Origin: Vermamoeba vermiformis
Taxonomy: Eukaryota
Direction: 5' to 3'
Length of the DNA stretch: 64,000 bases
Assembly: GCA_045837725.1 (NCBI GenBank)
Contig: JBEWZL010000257.1
Span: 1-64,000 of the forward strand
Shown here: piece after piece, positions 1 through 12,900 of the stretch
Layout of the letters: the number at the start of each line of letters is the position of its first letter
Position numbering within the stretch: position 1 is the first letter of the stretch
Translations under genes and position numbers: made by a program
Notes under the pieces: generated by a model
Database searches by the model: none
The model's input: the letters and a program-made list of their open reading frames with translations, nothing else
What the model was told of the DNA's origin: nothing

Positions 1-110
1 CACTACAGGAAAAAAAAAGGGCGTTTTGACCAATAAACCGGCGTTGTAGGTCGATTTTTGGCGTTGTTTTGATTATTGTAACGCAAAAAAAGGAAAAAAC
101 GGCGTTGGGG
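1..110 (+). repeat. Left TIR and GGCGTT subterminal repeats of the CACTA-like element
   Basis: CACTA start; GGCGTTTTG/GGCGTTG recurs about four times in the first 110 bp. Confidence 0.75.
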
Positions 111-967
111 CACGAAAACACCGGATTTCAGATCGGAGACGTGGGGGATTATAGGGGTCGTATTGAGGGAAAAGTATATTTATGTATTCAAGAAGCGAAT
201 GGGTATGGTTTAGATTCGATTGATTTCGAGAAGAGGATGTCACATGCGGCTCATCGCGCGATCTCCCGTCGAACGATTTTAAAAATAAATATTTTTATAA
301 ATATATTCTATTTGCATTATATAAATGATGACGACAATGTTATATTAATAAAATAAATTATTGCTGATGAAATTTTGTTTCGTGGCCCAATCTCGATCAA
401 GGTCGCGGTTAATGAATTTGATGGTATGTAAGTGTATTAAATATAGTCATTCTTACGTGATCATGCTGTTTTTTCGAAATTCGAGAAATACTGGTAAGAG
501 ATCGTGTTTGGCGATCGCACATCCTCCCTTCGATCATTGAATTAAGAATAAAATCGGATGAGATACAACATATAATGACATAAAAACAAACACTACGGAC
601 TATTGACTTGTTGTAGTGTTGTGTAGTTTGAGTTTGCGAAGTGTTTTTTGCCCACCGACCTATTTTTCAATACCAACGAACACAAACAACCACGCAATAG
701 CACATAATATATATTTTTGTTGATTTTAATGCACTTAAACGTGGCTCTGTATTTATTTCGACTGTTAGAGCAGATTCAAGTTATTCGTTTTCGCGTGCAA
801 ACAACTGATGATATCAACAATTAATTAAATGGTAAATATAACATATCTACGCATATATTACCACTTTTGTTGTATATTTCGTTGTAAATAATTGTTTCTA
901 ATTAAATTTATTTTTTAAATCAACTAAATCCGATCAACAAACGATGTTTCGGATTCTTTCCTTCTAA

Positions 968-3900
968 TTATACTATATATACGTATTCCTTATTTTTGTA
1001 ATCCTTTAACTTGGTTAATACTTGTTGAATAGGTTGTTCATCGAATGCGTAGATCCGCGTGGATTGTTTCAACTCCTGAAAGGTTCTTTTTTTCAAATTT
1101 GGAATGGTGTTCACTTCTCTTAGTGGTGTAATGACGAGGAGCTTGACCAATCTCGATTCTTTTGACGTTCCCGCTAATGTTTGTGTGGCGATTGACACCT
1201 CGATCTCGTTGACTTGGGTGAGTATACCATAACAATCCTCATTATTATTCTATAACCATGTTAATATACGAATTATTGTGACCTTAATTTACCTTGTAAA
1301 GAATCGCTGGTTCGTCCGTTACGCGGAACTTTTGTCCTCCGAGGTAGATCGCTAAATGTTTTCATTTTAGGCACTTGTACTATCACCAATGCTACGTACA
1401 TTTGAAGTTCAACGAATCGTGAGATGACAGCTCGTACGATTTGGCCAGTGTGTTCAACTTCTTCAAGTCTTTGTCAATAATCGTCGCCATCTGATCCGTG
1501 ACTGGTTGATCTTCAGGTAGAGGACCATCAAGGTCCACCCTTGTAAAATGGGTACGTTAAAGAATATATATTTATTATTAAAATTACCTCTCTGCCTTTA
1601 TATGGATATCACGATGTTTAATTTGATCGTACTTTTCTTGATCTTCCTTCGAGTCAAATTTAACCATCTCTAGTGACCTTTTACGATCAACCTACAGTAA
1701 CTAACGTTAATATTGATCTATAGAAATGAATCGATACCATCTTCAGCATGTGGTTGTGGGCATTGATCTGGTTCGACACGCGGATGCAGCTACGATAAAA
1801 TTTGTTCGTTCCTTCCTCAAGATCGGTTGATTGGAACCACAAAGGACCAAGAAATTTGACAGACTTGGCCAGAGCGTACATGGTCTCGAAGTTTGGAATG
1901 TTCCAGTCAGGCTGTTCTTCAAAGCCATCAAATGACCGCTGTTACCTGTTAAGTACGTACCATTCGATGATTGTTTTCGTACGTACCAGTATATTGGTAA
2001 GGATATCTTTGCATAGTGTATCAAGCTCACCACCTTGACTTAGTTGATCGAGTCGCCACTTTGTCTCATCAATAGCTTGCATTCCTTCCATGATGAACGA
2101 CCATCGCTGAAGCAAATCTTCGTCGAGAAGATCAGCGTTCACGGAGGTGGACACTTTAGTGAATGTAGACCACATTCTACCCGTCAGTGGGTTCGTAGTA
2201 TCCTCTACAAACGATTCGTAAGTATAATATATGAATCAAAGACGTGCTTAACTCTTCTTCTTGAACACAGGCATTGTAATACGTGTCATTTCTTTTGACG
2301 GAGGGAGTTCCGATGCTCGTTCGTTGATCGCTGTTACAATCAATCAGGATAGCCATTACAATCAAAAATTTGAACGTACTGTCCCGATAGGGCTTTCCCA
2401 TGGCAATTCCGATCTGGTCGACATAGCGCTTGATCAACCCGAGGTGAAGTAAGTGAAGCGGACAAATTGCAAACCGCATGTAGAAATCTTCCGAGAAAAT
2501 TTTCAGTCTCCAGAACGGAGACTATAAATACAAATATTAATAACTTATAATACAGGCAATATGACTTTACGATAGTTTTCTTGACTCCAGTGACTTGCGT
2601 CGTTGTCTTGATCTCCTTGGCAGTGTCTTGCATTTCAAAAGTCTCGAACACAGCCATAGCTTAGAAGGTGTAAGTATATAAAGAGTAGGTTTGTAACTTA
2701 CTATGACTTTTGGTTCGAAAGGTTCTCTTCCGTTCGACGTCGCTAATATTTTCCTTAGGCGTTCTTGTGTAAAAGGAAGGCACGTCTCCTCCTGGTCCAA
2801 CTATACCAGCCATCTGAGTCTTCTCTATATGGTCTCCCTTTATTGCGTAGAGACCACCACAGACAGGCACTGGTTTATCGAGGAAGTGAAACTTCATTTT
2901 CGGAAGAGATCCCTCTTCGAGCTCGGACATGTAGTCCACAACGATCTTGTCCAGAATATAATCCTTTTGGTCCATGAGGTGTGGAGGTATAGTACAGATT
3001 AGAAATCGGGAGTTTTGAGTCATTAACACCTAAATACAGGAGACGTAAAAAAAATTGGACGAACGCAGATGTGGCACGTACTTCCTTCGACAAGTTGGCG
3101 AACGTGAGTAATACACTGCAAAAACTCTTCTTTCTTGATTGTTGAGCACTGTACTTATCTGTCCAAATTATAGGCAATAACAGTTCGTGACCGCTCGCAA
3201 GCCGATCTTCATGTGCTTTCTCGTATTTTGTCCACGCTTTGCGACTGCACGGATGGTCAACCTGGCTCATATCTGATTTGCGTACCCAATCTTATAAGGT
3301 AATTAGTCATAAGCCAAACAATTACATATTTTACCTTTTGTATAAATTGGTGAGCTAATCACGTGATCGATGATGCCTTGGATCGTGTTGAAGCGCAGAT
3401 CGTACACTCTTCCTTCACTCTCAACTTTCAACACATCCTTAGGTAACTTGTTATAGAAAAAATCAGACGTTTTTTGAAGGAGGTGGCTCGTCACAGGGAC
3501 CTCCATTTCTTTAACCACTTTGACTTGGATGAGCTGAAGAAATTCATCGGTGCAATCTCCTAAACATATATTTTATAAGGTTGTTAATTGTTCGATTCGC
3601 CGTACTTGTGAAAGTGTTGCCTTCCCATCGATTGACAAAGTCATGAACCAATCGCGTCGCGGGATTGTTGTACTTTTCACGAAACATCTTGTCGTATTTT
3701 GATTCTTTCTTTTCGCTGTCGTACAAATCAATTATCAATTCAATTGTATATATATATAAACTGCTTACGTGACTGGTTCTTGTCTTAAGATGTTGTGCGT
3801 TGAAATTACCTCGAAAGAAAATTTTATGAACTTTGCTTCCAAAGGAAGCTCGTACGTTAACCAAGGCTCTTTGCTGGTATCCATCTTCTTGAATTCAATT

Positions 3901-4506
3901 TTTTCGTGTCTATTTTTAACTTGTGTCAAAAGTGTCATAAATTTTTCCAACTTACCCGTTGTTGACGATGATCCTTGTTTTCAACGAGAGCTCCTGATCG
4001 TTGCTTATCGGGAGCAACACTAAGTGCAAGTTCGTTCTGTTTCGGCTTAAATTTGCCTCAAATTGCCTAATATAGTACAAGTTTAAATTTACCTTATTTG
4101 TATATTTTAACGAAATTGAATTACCAAGTCTTGCTATGCTTGTCAAACAGTTTTGAAGACCATGTTCTTGAGTTGTTGTTGATGTCCAACGTAAAAGTAT
4201 ACCATTCATCATCCTTTGTGGCTTTTCGGTTAATTTTACGGAGATCGGCATAATTAAGTAATTCGGTTTCAAACTCATCTTCATCATATTGCTCCTCAGT
4301 GTTGAGCAATCTCTCTCGATCTAATTTACTAATCAATAATCATATATTTACTACACATACTAACATTTTGACACAGTAACTTGCAAGCATTTGGTCGTAA
4401 ACGGATGGGCTTTCTTGGAACGGTCATTGAACTCTGCATTGCATACTTCACACCTCCAGCGCCCTGTTCCGATGCTTATGATACCAATATTGTGTGCCTC
4501 CTCCAT
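968..4506 (-). CDS. CMC/Plavaka-like DDE transposase, multi-exon
   Basis: Spliced motifs in order: N-terminal CxxC (WRCEVC), LLPIIWTDKYS...VLLTFANLSKEVR, GGLYAIKGDH, SPFWRL...CPLHLLHLGLIK, NIPNF...FLGPLWFQSTDLEEGTNK. This matches the CMC transposase layout. The junctions checked in the core splice in frame; the N-terminal exons are less certain. Confidence 0.75.
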
Positions 4507-4721
4507 CGCAAAAGCTTTAAAAGAGCGTGGCAAATTTTTATTTCTAACTGCCGTTTGCAAACAGCACCACAACTCAAATTACGTAAGTAAATACCTTTAA
4601 ATATACTATAGAAATGCATCGTGTTAATAGTCATGTTTATCGCACCACTAATAGGCCTTTTGTTCAAAAGGAGCTCGGATTCAGAACCCTCTGCAAATTC
4701 AGATCTTGCTTAGCTTTTATA

Positions 4722-6048
4722 ATGGCATCGAACACTAACGCGTACGTACCATAGTTATATCACAACTGTCATTTATTTTATTTATTACACATTTAACGCC
4801 TAGGTGGCGATTTAAAATTGTGTTCGCGGATTTAAATTTCTTTTAACTTTGCTAACGATTAACTGACTGATTGATTGATCTTAATAGTCAACGAACCACC
4901 TCATTGAACAAAGATAACACGGACACTGACGCATGGGGGTTTGTTTTCGTTCTTTTTGTTTCAAATCCGATTTAAGCTCCAATCTAACTTACTTTAATTT
5001 AGGCCTCAGAATATCGCAGAGTTTAATCGCTGGTTTATTTCAGCGATTACAACGTCTGATTTGCTCAAGCAGCTTGCTGATAAGCCTCAATGGGTTGCCC
5101 ACATCCGCTACATCATCACATCCGGCGAGCCTCAGAAGAAAACTCCGCAGAAGAAAGCGGCGGCAATTCCAGCGAAGGATGACGATGTGTGGGTAAGCTC
5201 AAAGGGACTTATATCTTTCATATCGATTAACTCTTTGAAGAAAGCGATACCCATGAAGAGCATCATGAAACCGTTCTACGCCGATCCTGCACTCTTCGTG
5301 GATCGGGTTGTAACCAATTGGGTGAACAGTCTGGATCTCAAGTCATGGAAAATAACGGATGGCAAAGGCAACTTGGTCATTGTCGATGATGACAGGATTA
5401 AAAACGTCTCGCGGCACGTAAGCGAATCCGATCCGCAAAACTCTTTCGTTGTTGTCTCAACTCATCTTCTCTTGTTAGGCTCATAATTTAGTTCGAGGCA
5501 TTCGTCACAAATTGAGGTCTCAAATCTGTGATGCTGCTTGGAACTATCCCTGGGGTTCACCAACCGAACGCATCCAACGTGCCAACTTCGGCGACTATTT
5601 CAAGACTGAAGAAGGCAAAGATCAACTCTTGATTTGGATTGCCACCACTGTCCTCGAGAGCACTCCAAATGAAGCTGGCAAAGCCAAGGTTTCGGGTAAT
5701 TTGCTCACCTTTGTTCAAGAGAACTTGATCCGCTTTAGCAGTAAGTCCACATCAACGCCTCTTGCACTCGTATTGATACCCTTTTTGTTAGGCATGGCGT
5801 CGCATGACACAGCAAAGAAGGCTCTCGCTGAAACAAAGGACAAAGAATTCAAGAATGCTGTGTCAGCAACGATTGAAGACGTGCAGATGATCTCCGACAG
5901 CGTATCCGTGGCAAGTCATGCCACTGACCAAGTTGACGAACCCAGCGCCGCGCCATTCGAAGAGCCCTCTAGTATTGCCGAAGAGCAACCGCCACCCAAA
6001 ACGAACAAGAAGACCACGAAGGCAAGCAAAAAACGAAAGAGTAAGTAA
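4722..6048 (+). CDS. Transposon accessory protein (ORF2), unknown function, multi-exon, basic C-terminal NLS-like tail
   Basis: ATG 4722 (MASNTNA) splices in frame through GT-AG introns into ORFs 5061 and 5512, and ends KKTTKASKKRKSK. It lies inside the TIRs. Confidence 0.7.
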
Positions 6049-6294
6049 TACCCGCGAGTTTTCATTCCTTAACTGACTTTTCTTCTGATCAGGAGGTGAC
6101 TCACCAAAAAAGCACAACACACGATCGTCACCAACCAAGCGTGGTCGCCCGGCGGTAAGTGCAAAAAAAAATTTACCGGATTGAGTACTAACTTTACATT
6201 TTCTTCTGCAGAAAAAATAGTCGCGTGGCCGACGGAAGGAACAGAACGGAACGAGGGAACGGAACGGAGCTTAGTAGCGTTGTGGTACAATAAA

Positions 6295-6431
6295 TAACGG
6301 CGTTGTTTTAAAGTAAACCGTTTTATTTTTTTCGTAACGCCAGGCGTTGTAAATCGAAGGGAAAATAGCGCGTGCAAGAAGTGTTGGTCAAAACAACGCT
6401 TGCAAAACGCCCTGATTTTTTTCCTCTGGTG
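6295..6431 (-). repeat. Right TIR and subterminal repeats of the CACTA-like element
   Basis: ...AAAACGCCCTGATTTTTTTCCTCTGGTG, with several GGCGTTG/CAACGC motifs and a TTGGTCAAAAC that mirrors the left-end GTTTTGACCAA. Confidence 0.75.
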
Positions 6432-6947
6432 GAAACTGCCTAGTTGAAACGGATGCAGCAACATGTAGTTTGCCAACGCGTTGAATAACTAGATATTTGA
6501 ATTGTGCCTCGTGCAAAATGGAGATGAGGTACGGTCACTAAATATCTGACAAAGATCTCTTGCGTGTAAGTTAATTAAAAAATTTATACTAATTCGTAAA
6601 ATTAGCAGAAACTAGATTACCTTTAGCATATTGGAACGATATTGTTGGGCAAAATAATTATTTTAAATTGGCCCGATCAACTGGTCAGATCACCGATCCG
6701 GTTTCTTGGATTTTTTCAGCGCAAAAGAAATGAAATAGTTGATACCCGTAGTCCAATGATTATTTCGCTCTGAGCGACCTTGGCCCGCTGTACCAAGTTT
6801 TCTCGCGCAATGTTGATGTAGAAACAATTTGAGACTCAAATCCAGTCCCAGATCTGTCTGTCATCATCTGTTTAATCAATACAATTGGTTTTCGCATTAA
6901 AATGAAGGAAATTCGAATTTTCCAGTTCAGCTGACTGCCACAATACA

Positions 6948-9900
6948 ATGAGTTTACGAAAGAGAAAGCGTAAGCTATTAATTAATCGAGTATTGGATCT
7001 TACATCCTTTCGAAGGAACCAACGAATCGCTTGTGAAAGAAGCCTCAAAAAAACAAAAGGCCCAGGTTAATGATAGTAGCGATTCGCTTATTGCCGGTCA
7101 CCCCTTGAATCCGCTTCATTTTGCAGATGTCGTTAAGGAAGTATTCAAATGGCTTGATGGATTTTATTTAACTACAATATTGGTTCAAAAATCTTGGCGA
7201 GATTTATCAATACGAAGCGTACGAGATTATTTGGAGGTGGCATTTGGTAATTATTTTTTCCTCAAATTTCGTTGCCATTTAATCTTTTCTAATATTATTT
7301 TCAAACTATTTTAATTATAGGAATAAAATGCACGTCTATTGAAGCTGCATGGGATGTTTACAAGAAGATACTGCGGAATAATGGCCTTCCAGAAGTCGGT
7401 GCGTGTTTTTTTAACTAGCATTTCTATATACATTAATATTATTGTATATTATAGCTATATTATATCGTGTTAGTCAGAACAAAGCGATCCTAGAGAAGAT
7501 TTCAACTGAAAATGTCAGATCTGATGCGACGATCCAATGTCGCTTTGGAAATTCCGTTTTCCTAAAATAGAAATATTAGTTTGTAAACCGTTTTTGTATC
7601 TTTTTCGTATTTCGAATAAAGCACCACAACAGGTATTTTCTTACCTATTGTCTGTCTCCGTACTGATCTGATCCGTGAAGATAGTCTGCATCTTCATATT
7701 TGGTGCGCCCTTCGCCTGAATCCGTACTCCGTCTCTGCAACCGCGCCTTCATTTCCACGTAGCTAATGGAGAAGAATACGCCTGTTTCACGCTCGTCCTC
7801 TAAAAAGGGGGAGAAGCGTCCGTCACATCTGTCAACGTACCACATCGAACAAACTTCAAACGGTAGTGATCACGATTTTTGGGTCGAACATCATGGGAGC
7901 GATGACTCCGACGACCAGATTACTTGGGACGATCTTGCCTATCTCGAGTCAAGCTCTGAAGACAGTTCCGAAGTCGAGCACAATCCGTCACATCCAAGAT
8001 CTGTGAATCGAAAGATCGAACCGACATCGGAAAAGAAGTCCAACAAGAAGAAGAATGTCCTTAAGGAATTTCTGGTTACCCATGCGACTCTTTTGAAATC
8101 ACTGTCGATCGAAGTCAAAGCGCTGCGTAAAGAACTCGATGAAACGAAGCGCAAGAAGAAGAGCAAGAAAGTTCCCCAAGAAGATCTGAATAAGACTATT
8201 TATCGTCCTTCTACTGAGCGCGATAACGATTCTGAGGACGATAGATCTGAAACCCCGCCCAAGAAGAAACTGTCCTTCAACACTCCAGGACACTCAACGC
8301 CTTATCGACCTCGTGGCGAAGAAGGACTCGTTAATGACGATGGTCCTTATTTGGAGATTGGTCTGCAAGAGTCCATCAAGTTTCCTGCTGGTGCCGACCA
8401 ACTTGAGACTTTCCAAGGCGAACAAGGTGACACGTTTGCGCTTTGGTGGGCTCACTTCCGTCGAATCTCTGCCAAGTGGAGCGACTCTGTTCGCGTCCAC
8501 GTGCTGCTGGCTAAGTTTGGCCGCAATCCTCGTGCATGGCTCTTGAATGTGCTTGAAAACAAGATCACGTGGAATGGTCTTGTCAATGAAATCGAACGCG
8601 CGTACTCGTCCCTCAACTCTGACACGGAGTTGCGCCAGAGCATGCGAAAGCTCAAGTGGTTGCCGAGTACCAAGAAGACTGCTCAAGTCTGGCTCCAGAA
8701 GATGGAAGCTCTGCGCGTGCGAATGAAAGAGAAGATCCCCGACAAGGAATTCTTGCGTCTGATCTTTGATGACTGTCTCCCGGCGAAAAATCGCATGTAT
8801 TTAGGAGACCCTGACAATTACTCGACGTATTTGGACTTCCGTGCAAAGTTGCTTCAACACGAGCTCACCTTCATGCAAGTGCTAGAAGAAGAGAACAATG
8901 AGCGTCAGAAGAACCACAACAATCGCGGTAGTGCTAAGAGTCCTGCCCCTGCAAAGGCCCAGTCAACAACTGCTGCCACTACGACCCCTGCGACGTCAAC
9001 GACAACAGACGCCGCCACGACCGAGGTAAAGAGCAAGCCGGATGCATCAAGCGTCACTTGCCATTATTGTAAGCAATTGGGTCATTACAAATCCAATTGC
9101 CCTAAAAAGAAGCGAAATGCTTTCATGTATGTCGCTTCTTCCGATCCAGGACCGTCCGAAGAGTCTTCGTCTGACACTGATGAGGGCTCTGAGGAGTCTA
9201 TTCAAGGCTCGCCGGGATCTAGCGTAGCCATCGAGCCTGTCGACGAAAACTCCGCTGAGCCTGTCATCGTCTCAGTTCATCATAGTTCGTCAATGCGTCA
9301 ACAAATACAGGCATCTCACGGCGATGGAGACGCTAGCCCACCCGTCCTCGATCGGCAAGTACCTTTCTATTCTATCCCACAACGCGTGTGGATGCCAGAC
9401 CTGATTGATACTGATGACTTCGGAACACCAGTTCGCTGGACTATACAACAAATTATTCCGACCGTCAACAACGCTGTTGTCCCGGATTTCCCAATCCCTG
9501 GTGTTCTTCCTGACACCCCTGGCTCGTCCCCCGAGCTGCTGATTCAATTTGATGACATGCCTCAGTCCGAGCCTGGCAACAACACCAACGTTCAAGTGCC
9601 TGGTTCACCCCCTGTTCCTGTTTCAACGGAGACATCACTGCCCTCGCCCTTGAAAGACATCGTCATAGGCGACAAGAAGAGCCGTTTGTCCTCCGTGACT
9701 CCTGCTGAGACCGTCGTGACTATCGACGAGAACCCCTTCAAGTGTCTGTTGGACTCTGGTTCGAATGTCTCGCTCATTACAGCAGCTGCATTGCAATTGT
9801 TGCCTGTTAATAGCTTCACTGTAATCCCCGCTAGCGACTCTTTTAAAGTCGGCAATAGCGAGTCTGTTTCCCTTCATGGTGCGGTGTATTTACCCGTGAC

Positions 9901-12900
9901 CATGTGTTCTCTGACTGTCCCAGTGCGATTTGAAATCGTAGACCAATTTGAGGGCTACGATGTGGTCATTGGCCTTGACGAGATGGTTCGTCTCGACATG
10001 GATTTATGTTTGCCGTTACGACAATTTAATTTGCCCGGTGGACATCCACAACTTTTGTGGATTGGCTACGCTCCGACGCATAAGATCCCTGTCCTGTCCC
10101 ACGTTCCTGGCCCTTTTGCTGACAAACAGGTCCTTCAACCGTCTGTCACCACCCCTGTCAAAGTGCGACTGCCAGTTGTCATCCCTTCGAATATGTTTTT
10201 CCGCATCGTCGATCCAACATGCCAAGATGCGTTTATTTTGACGCAAGATATTATTCAAGGCAGTGACAGTTTGTTTTATGAGCTCGACGCTTATAATCCT
10301 AGACTCGCCCGAGTGCATCTACTCAACGGGTTGCGGATCGCGAACATCGAGATCGTTGGAACTGATTCTCTCTTCCAAAAAGGGGAGAAGAAGGTCAATA
10401 TAGAAGACAAGAATAATAACAACATGACTGTTGACCCAGAAGTTCCGACTTCGGCATCTGCTTCGACATCTGTTTCAACGTCAACGTCATCAAATCAGAA
10501 TTCCGACTCACAAAATCTTGATCCGGCAATGTTTGGTCTGAAGATTGGCAAACTAGAAGCGGAACAAAGAGCCAAGCTAGATCTATTGATTGCGAAATAT
10601 TCATCAATTTTCGATCGACCCAAGAAGTGGGGTGCCAACATCCGCGTTCAGCACCAGATCGAACTGAAACCCGATGCTGTCCCGTATCGTACAACACCAA
10701 GACGCGTGCCTCCTCTCCAACAGAAATCCCTGGATGATCAAATTGAAGACTTGCTGAAGCGTGGTATTATCCGTAAGTCCTCAAGTCCTTGGGCCTCGCC
10801 AATCGTACTGGTCAAGAAGAAGGATGGGTCTTGGCGAATCTGCATCGATTTCCGCATTCTCAATGACAAGACGAAGAAGGTTGCCTATCCCCTGCAACGA
10901 ATCGACGCTGCACTCGACGGTATGGCTTACGCGAAGATCCTCTCGTCATTTGATCTTGAGAAGGGCTATTTTCAACTCAAGCTTCAAGAGGAAGACATCG
11001 AGAAGACTGCCTTCGTAGTACCCAACGGCCACTACGAATTTGTGTTCCTGCCGTTTGGTCTGACCAACGCACCTGCGACTTTTCAACGTGCCATGGACGA
11101 CCTCTTCCGTGAAGAACTTTTCAAGTTCCTGATTGTCTATTTAGACGACATCATTGTCTATTCAGAGTCATTTGAGCAACACTTGGAACACCTTGAGATC
11201 TTATTCAAGAAATTGCAAGAGGCTAATTTGTACCTCAACTCACCCAAGTGTCAACTCTGTCAAGACAAGGTCAATTACCTGGGTCACGTTGTCGGATCCA
11301 AAGGTATTGAGACTAATGGCGACAAGACCAAGGCTGTCAATAGCATGGAGCCGCCTCGTAATGTCAAACAGCTGCGCAGTTTCCTTGGAATGGTTGGTTA
11401 CTATCGCCGCTTCATTCAAGACTTCGCAACTCTCGCCGACCCTCTGCACAGACTGTTGAAGAAAGATGTCCCGTGGAATTGGAGTCTAGACTGTCAGTAT
11501 TCGTTCTTAGAACTCAAGAGTCGACTCACCAAGGCCCCAATCCTTGCTTTTCCGCACATGGACAAGCCGTTTATTCTGCAAACCGACGCTAGCAACACTG
11601 GTATTGGCGCAGTTCTTGCCCAAGTCCAAGATGGTGAAGAAAGAGTGATTGCGTACTACAGTCGCGCCTTGCTGCCTGCCGAACGCAACTACCACACCAC
11701 TGACCTCGAGTGTCTCGCCGTTGTAGCTGCCCTGAAACATTTTCATTGTTACTTGCTTGGCAGTGAATTCGAAGTGTTTACCGACCACTCCGCGCTGACT
11801 ACTTTCCTGACTCGCAAGCAGACCTCTGCCAGACTCCTGCGTTGGGCTCTCGAGCTCGCCGAGTTTGGTAACTTCAAGATCAGTCACCGTTCTGGCACCA
11901 AGAATGCCAACGCTGATGGGCTCTCGTGCCTGGGTTCTGAGCGCGAAGACCAGCCTCGTGTCAATCACGCTGTTAGGACTAACAAGCCCTGTCAATTGTT
12001 CGTCTTGCATGGCACGAAGGATCGTCCTAGTTCAGTGCAACTCAACTACGGAGAAATCTCGCAACTTCAACGCGAAGACGTTTGGCTGAATCATATCTAT
12101 GAGAGCATCGTCAATAACAAGGTACCTGACGACCCAGATGTAGCCAAAAGCGTCGCTGCTCAAAGAGACCTCTATGTACTTGAAAATCAAGTCCTGCATC
12201 GCATCTACTCTGTCGAATCCAGTCACCGCCGTCACGAGACTCGCAAGCTCGTTGCTGTTCCACGCCGTCAAGTCCCGACCATTCTCAACGCGATGCACTG
12301 CAATGTCGAAGGCTCCCACCTTGGCATTGACCGTACCTACGAGAAAATTCGTCTGCACTTTCATTGGCCATCAATGTATGGTGACATACGCCGCTTCGTT
12401 AAGGAGTGCGCGACTTGCGCAAAGAAGAAGCCGCCTGTGCGTTCCCCTGCTGGCCTGTTGATGCCAATCCGAGCTGCTGGACCATGGGACACTGTTGGTG
12501 TCGATATCCTTGGCCCCTTGCCCATCACTCAGTCCAAGCACCGCTATATTGTCGTTTTTACCGACTACCTGACCAAATGGGTCGAAGCTTTCCCCATGAA
12601 GGACGCTGACGCAAAGACCCTGGCTCGTATATTCGTCATGAATATCAAGAAGCTGTTCACGACTCCGTACCACCCCCAGACCGATGGTCTCACGGAGCGA
12701 TTCAACAAGACAATTGCGCAAATGTTGACAGCTTACGTCGATCTGCATCAGACTAATTGGGATCAAATCCTGCCGTTGGCGCTACTTGCGTACCGCACTG
12801 CCCGTCAATCCTCGACAAGAGAGACCCCATTCTTCATGACCTATGGTCGCGATGCCTTTTTGCCGCTCAATCGTATTTACCCGTCAGAATTGGATGAGGA

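Larger units (their letters stand above)
1..6431. mobile_element. CACTA/CMC-superfamily (Plavaka-like) DNA transposon with imperfect TIRs and two internal genes
   Basis: Left end CACTACAGG-A9-GGGCGTTTT matches the reverse complement of the right end, CACCAGAGG-A7-TCAGGGCGTTTT (ends at 6431). GGCGTT(G/T) subterminal repeats occur at both ends, and a DDE transposase lies inside. The left TSD is not visible because the element starts at base 1. Confidence 0.8.

Noticed and set aside
586..622. AACACTAC...GTAGTGTT hairpin with internal CACTA
   Set aside because: Only an 8-bp stem with no TSD or second copy; could be chance or a transposon-internal motif.
968..4506. Fragmented ORFs suggesting a frameshifted pseudogene or stop-codon reassignment
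   Set aside because: The breaks checked coincide with short introns that restore frame, and long ORFs elsewhere use the standard code.
6230..6270. GGAAC-rich short repeats as a telomere or satellite
   Set aside because: Short, irregular, and inside the transposon subterminal region.
4722..6431. ORF2 as a Fanzor/TnpB RNA-guided nuclease with an omegaRNA at the right end
   Set aside because: No RuvC D-E-D motifs or C-terminal CxxC zinc finger are visible in the spliced protein.
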